Assembly (NCBI GenBank): GCA_035541355.1
Contig: DATKNN010000013.1
Span: 80,922 to 144,921, forward strand
DNA from: Puia sp.
GTDB lineage: Bacteria; Bacteroidota; Bacteroidia; Chitinophagales; Chitinophagaceae
Direction of reading: 5' to 3'
Length of the DNA: 64,000 nucleotides
Part shown: in pieces, positions 60,007 to 64,000 of the stretch
Numbering within the stretch: the first letter of the stretch is position 1
Layout of the letters: each line of letters starts with the position of its first letter
Notes under the pieces: generated by a model
Told to the model about the DNA's origin: nothing
The model's input: the letters and a program-made list of their open reading frames with translations, nothing else
Databases searched by the model: none
Program-made: the position numbers and the translations under genes

Positions 60007-60055
60007 CCGAACAATAGGCGGCCCGCTGGCAGCAGAAAAAAAATTACGGCACAAT

Positions 60056-60087
60056 AAAAAACCGTTTCTTCATGAAACGGTTTTTTT
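60056..60087 (+). terminator. Rho-independent terminator after fbaA
   Basis: 13-bp stem AAAAAACCGTTTC-ttcat-GAAACGGTTTTTT plus T. Confidence 0.85.
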
Positions 60088-60183
60088 ATCAGATGGCCAC
60101 AACAAAACCGGCAGGGGGGGCATATTATTAAAGGAATGATCTGATCTCTTACTATTTTTTAATTTAGATTTCAAAATCAAAAC

Positions 60184-60831
60184 ATGATTTTCTCCGAAAG
60201 TGCATATAACCAGATTGCGGGGCGAAAAACACAACGGATAGAAGCAATAACTGATGGCATTTTTGCAGTTGCACTTACGCTGCTTGTACTTGATATTAAA
60301 GTGCCTGTGAGTGAAGGGATAAAAACAGAAAAGCAATTATTTGATGCTTTTTGTGAACTTACACCAAAATTTCTGACATATTTTTTAAGCTTCATGACGC
60401 TCGGGATTTTCTGGACAGGTCATTCTGCGCAATTCACGTATATTGAGAAAAGTGACCGGCATTTAAACTGGCTGTCGCTTTTCTTTTTATTATTTGTTTC
60501 CACCATTCCTTTTACTACTTCTTTTCTCGGGGAGCATATTCATTTTAAGGTAGCAATAGCCGTGTACTGGCTGAATATTTTTTTACTGGGCCTGGCTTTG
60601 TATATTCACTGGGCCTACGCCGACAAAAACGGGTTCACCCGTTTCAGTAACCATTCGGAAAAAATTGCCGTAAATAAAGCGGTAAGAAACAGGATTATCA
60701 TTGCACAAACACTCTATGCATGTGCAGCATTACTCTGTTTTATAAATAATTATCTGAGCATTTTTACAACCATACTGATTCAACTGAATTATGCGCTGGC
60801 TCTGTTCTCTAAGTGGAGGAAGAAAGTTTGA
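60184..60831 (+). CDS. TMEM175 family potassium channel homolog (DUF1211)
   Basis: RIEAITDGIFAVALTLLVLDI helix 1, YFLSF..LGIFWTGH, PFTT; about 6 TMs. Confidence 0.9.
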   Translation: MIFSESAYNQIAGRKTQRIEAITDGIFAVALTLLVLDIKVPVSEGIKTEKQLFDAFCELTPKFLTYFLSFMTLGIFWTGHSAQFTYIEKSDRHLNWLSLFFLLFVSTIPFTTSFLGEHIHFKVAIAVYWLNIFLLGLALYIHWAYADKNGFTRFSNHSEKIAVNKAVRNRIIIAQTLYACAALLCFINNYLSIFTTILIQLNYALALFSKWRKKV

Positions 60832-60866
60832 TTTGCTGAAAAAACAGATTCCCGGCTTATCAGCAT

Positions 60867-62720
60867 TCAACGTATAACCTGCTTTCGTGCCCTGATCTTC
60901 ACTTCCACTTTCGTACCGTCAGGTTTGCCGTAATTATCGTACAGATCGGTTACAGAGACATCATATTTTTCCGGCCAGTGTTTAGTCAAAACACTTATTT
61001 CCTCATCAGCTACATCAATACCTGTATTTTCTTCATTTGCACCACGGTTTAATGTACCGTTTAGTTTTTTTCTGCCAATGCCATTGTCTTTGATGGTATA
61101 AACAACATATCCTTCCTCAAATTTTGCTTTTATGGAAAGCTCAAGGTCTTCTTTATCGCAGGGAGCAATGCTGTTCACAATAGCATTTTCTATATAAGGC
61201 TGAACCAGAAACGGCGGCACGTCAAAATCTTCGCTTAATAATTTCTTGTCGAAACTGATATTGTACGAAAATTTATTCCTGTACCGAAGCTGTTGCAGTT
61301 CCATATACAATTCAAGCGCTGCTTTATTTTTTGAAACCGGAATCACCCGCTTATTACTATTATCAAGCATTATGTTTATCAAAGAAGCCAATTTATTAAA
61401 ATATGCCCCTGCAATTTGCCGGTCGTTCTGGATTAAAAAATTCTCAATGCTGTTAAAATTATTAAAGATAAAATGCGGGTTCATCTGGGCCTTCAAGGCC
61501 TGCATCTGTGTTTCGGCAACCTTTTGTTTAAACGCCGCTTCTTCCCGTTTCTTTTTAAACTGAACAGATCGGTTGATGAAAAATATGATAATGAGTATGA
61601 ACAGGAAAGAAACCAGAGTGAGGATTAATAAGATATTTTTTATCTCAATTTCTTCCTTCTGCAGCTTCGCCAGTTCTTTTAGATTACTGTTTTCCATCTC
61701 TTTCCGGCTCAGCATCCATTCCGCTTCTTTAACAATTACATTGCGCTTGTTATTTTCAGAAAACAACGAATCTGCGGCAGTCCTGTAAATACGGTAATAA
61801 AGCAATGAAGAATCTTTGTTTCTTTTTGCATCATAGGCAGATGACAATTCCTGTGCGGCATTTGATATACCTTCAAGATAAGACGTCTGTTTTGCGATTT
61901 GCAATGCAGTATCAAGCAGTTTAATTTTTTTATCAGCGCCAATATTTTTCAGGTACCTCGCTTCTGCAAGATATGCCTGAAATTCATTGCGCAGGTCGCC
62001 TTCTTCTTTAGCCGACTGCATTGCCTTTGTAAAATAAAACAAAGCAGAATCAAGCTTATTGCTTATAGCATCCAGCTTTCCAAAACCAAGATAATATTGG
62101 GACAGGATATAATTTTCATCGCTCCTTAATGCAAAAGGCAAGCCCTGCACCAGGTAATCAAGTGATTCATTATACAATCTTTCCTGCAATGCACATTCAT
62201 GCAGCAGTTCGTAATTAATGGCAACTCCACGAAAAGCGCCCAATGGTTTATTTATAGCAATAGCCTGTTTTGCATATTGCCTGCACTTATCATAATCACG
62301 AAGTATCTTAAAATTTTCGCCGATATTATTATACGAAACTGCTTTGAGGCGAAGCGCATGACAGGAGTCTGCCATATCTATAGCCTTGAAATATGCAACG
62401 TTACTGGCACTGAAATTTCCTGCATTATATAATAACAATCCAAGGTTGATCTGCGCAAGTGATTTGCCGTATAAAAAATTCATACTGTCACTCAGGTAAG
62501 CCACTTTTTCATAATAAGCAAAAGATTTTTTCACATCCGATTCACTCAGCCTGTAGCTGACACGATGTAGCGTTTGAATATATTGTGAATCTATTTTTGG
62601 ATGTACATTCAGCCATGATAAAAGGCTATCCACATAACTATCCTGCGCCTTGCCGCTGATGGATGAAAGGCAAATAATAAAAAGTAAATAAAACCTTTGG
62701 GGTTTAATCAGTCTGTTCAC
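60867..62720 (-). CDS. TPR-containing membrane sensor histidine kinase (LytS/YehU type)
   Basis: Signal peptide, TPR-like helical region, one TM, ALKAQMNPHFIFN, QPYIENAI, DNGIG. GTG start. Confidence 0.9.
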   Translation of the reverse strand: MNRLIKPQRFYLLFIICLSSISGKAQDSYVDSLLSWLNVHPKIDSQYIQTLHRVSYRLSESDVKKSFAYYEKVAYLSDSMNFLYGKSLAQINLGLLLYNAGNFSASNVAYFKAIDMADSCHALRLKAVSYNNIGENFKILRDYDKCRQYAKQAIAINKPLGAFRGVAINYELLHECALQERLYNESLDYLVQGLPFALRSDENYILSQYYLGFGKLDAISNKLDSALFYFTKAMQSAKEEGDLRNEFQAYLAEARYLKNIGADKKIKLLDTALQIAKQTSYLEGISNAAQELSSAYDAKRNKDSSLLYYRIYRTAADSLFSENNKRNVIVKEAEWMLSRKEMENSNLKELAKLQKEEIEIKNILLILTLVSFLFILIIIFFINRSVQFKKKREEAAFKQKVAETQMQALKAQMNPHFIFNNFNSIENFLIQNDRQIAGAYFNKLASLINIMLDNSNKRVIPVSKNKAALELYMELQQLRYRNKFSYNISFDKKLLSEDFDVPPFLVQPYIENAIVNSIAPCDKEDLELSIKAKFEEGYVVYTIKDNGIGRKKLNGTLNRGANEENTGIDVADEEISVLTKHWPEKYDVSVTDLYDNYGKPDGTKVEVKIRARKQVIR

Positions 62721-62937
62721 AAATATCAGGTTTGGCTAATTAATTCTTGTTATCGGTCAGTTATGCTTTGTCAATAATCGTTTTAACAGGCAAGAAGCGA
62801 AAATCTTTAAAGATCAACGCTATAAAATTAAACCAATTCGTGCAGAAATCAAGCAGAACAAAAAAAAATAAAATGAAAAAAGCTTTTTCTGAATTTTTAA
62901 ATTATTGACCCGGTTAATATATCCTGTTCAGCTTTTA

Positions 62938-63999
62938 TTAGCCGGAGATGTCGCTTTCTTCTTCCTCAGCTGCATCACCTTTGTCAGCATATTCATCCGC
63001 AGCTATTGCAAAATCGGCAAACCATCCTTTTGCTTCTATCAAATTTGCCGGGCTGCCTTTTTCGATTACTTCGCCGTCAGAAAGCACAACAACAAAATCT
63101 GCATCCCGCACCATTGAATAACGGTGCGCTATTATGATCACGGTATTTTCCTTTCTTATTTCATCAATGGTTCTTTTAATCTCTGTTTCTGTGGCATAAT
63201 CGAGATTGGCTGTTGCTTCGTCCAAAATCAGAATCCGTGGTTTGGCAACAAGCACACGCGCAATCTGTATCCTTTGGCGCTCGCCTACACTCAGGCCAAT
63301 GCCGCTTTCTCCAACTTCAGTCATTAATCCCTCAGGTAATCGTTCCAGGGTCTTTTCCATACCCGCTGCAAGAGCAGCTTGCTTCACTTCTGAATCAGTG
63401 GAATCAGGACGTTTATAACGGATATTATCCGCAAGTGTTCCGCTGAATACCATGCCATCGGTAGCCACTGTACCCACCTGACTACGTACAGAAGCGGCGT
63501 CCAATGCAGCAATATCCTGTCCGTCTATCAGAATTTTTCCGGAAGCGGGTTTATATAATTTCAATAGCAGATCAACTGTTGTTGTTTTCCCGGCACCTGA
63601 TGTACCTACCAATGCCGTTACTTTTCCAGGCTCGCACAAAAATGAAATTCCTTTCAATACCTCCTGGCCGGGGCTGTAGCTGAAATGAACACGTTCAAAT
63701 TCTATTTTACCTTTAGTTATCTGCAGGCTGTCAGGGGATTTCTCTTCCGCCTGATAGTCCAGCAATTTAAAAGCACGTGCAATAGAAGCAATATTTTGCT
63801 GCAAAGAAACCCACAAGCTCGCAAGAGAATCAATCGGACTGTATAACCTGTCAAGATAAGCAACAAACATGACCACATCACCGGGAGTCAGTTTATTTTG
63901 CAGCGTAAGATAGCCGCCATAACCCAGCACCAGTGCGGTAGACAAATGAGTGAGCATGGTTTCCCAGAAAACATATTTGTTGGAAAGCCTAGAACGGTT
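62938..63999 (-). CDS. ABC exporter, fused TM and nucleotide-binding domains (5' end outside the window)
   Basis: Frame is open to the right edge. Walker A GTSGAGKTT, signature LSVGERQR, Walker B ILILDEATA, H-loop IAHR. Confidence 0.93.
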   Translation of the reverse strand, partial: NRSRLSNKYVFWETMLTHLSTALVLGYGGYLTLQNKLTPGDVVMFVAYLDRLYSPIDSLASLWVSLQQNIASIARAFKLLDYQAEEKSPDSLQITKGKIEFERVHFSYSPGQEVLKGISFLCEPGKVTALVGTSGAGKTTTVDLLLKLYKPASGKILIDGQDIAALDAASVRSQVGTVATDGMVFSGTLADNIRYKRPDSTDSEVKQAALAAGMEKTLERLPEGLMTEVGESGIGLSVGERQRIQIARVLVAKPRILILDEATANLDYATETEIKRTIDEIRKENTVIIIAHRYSMVRDADFVVVLSDGEVIEKGSPANLIEAKGWFADFAIAADEYADKGDAAEEEESDISG

Positions 64000-64000
64000 C

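Noticed and set aside
60184-60260. TMEM175 signature ITD instead of FSD as a novel channel variant
   Set aside because: The selectivity-related Thr (ALTLL) is retained, and I believe such substitutions are common in bacterial homologs; not enough to call unusual without an alignment.

Overview
Chromosomal window from a Bacteroidota bacterium, most likely Chitinophagaceae. This is inferred from the type IX secretion C-terminal domains, several TAnnTTTG promoter boxes and the gene families present. It holds about 52 protein-coding genes, one tRNA-Arg(UCU) and one triple-frameshifted DUF1801 pseudogene. Most genes are core or envelope functions: fusA2, ung, plsC, lptD, an amidase, MCE and OstA-like proteins, ychF, purC, trhO, moaA, moeA and fbaA. 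These are mixed with sugar-catabolic and secreted proteins. I found no CRISPR array, integrase, transposase, prophage or recognisable defence system, so I cannot claim a clear new system. The strongest leads are: (1) a GMC oxidoreductase / Tat TIM-barrel / DUF1080 keto-glycoside cluster interleaved with a START protein and two unannotated homologous helical proteins; (2) a hypothetical protein upstream of fbaA that keeps a full set of kinase-like motifs; (3) low-complexity segments packed with D-S/T O-glycosylation sequons in LptD, the OstA-like protein and a lipoprotein; (4) a dispersed four-copy intergenic REP-like repeat; (5) a shared TGA-N6-TCA box upstream of fusA2, the flippase and one helical-protein gene; (6) a 41-aa membrane protein missed by the ORF track; (7) an SMR transporter with Asp in place of the essential Glu. 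All family assignments come from motif recognition by eye; no database search was run.
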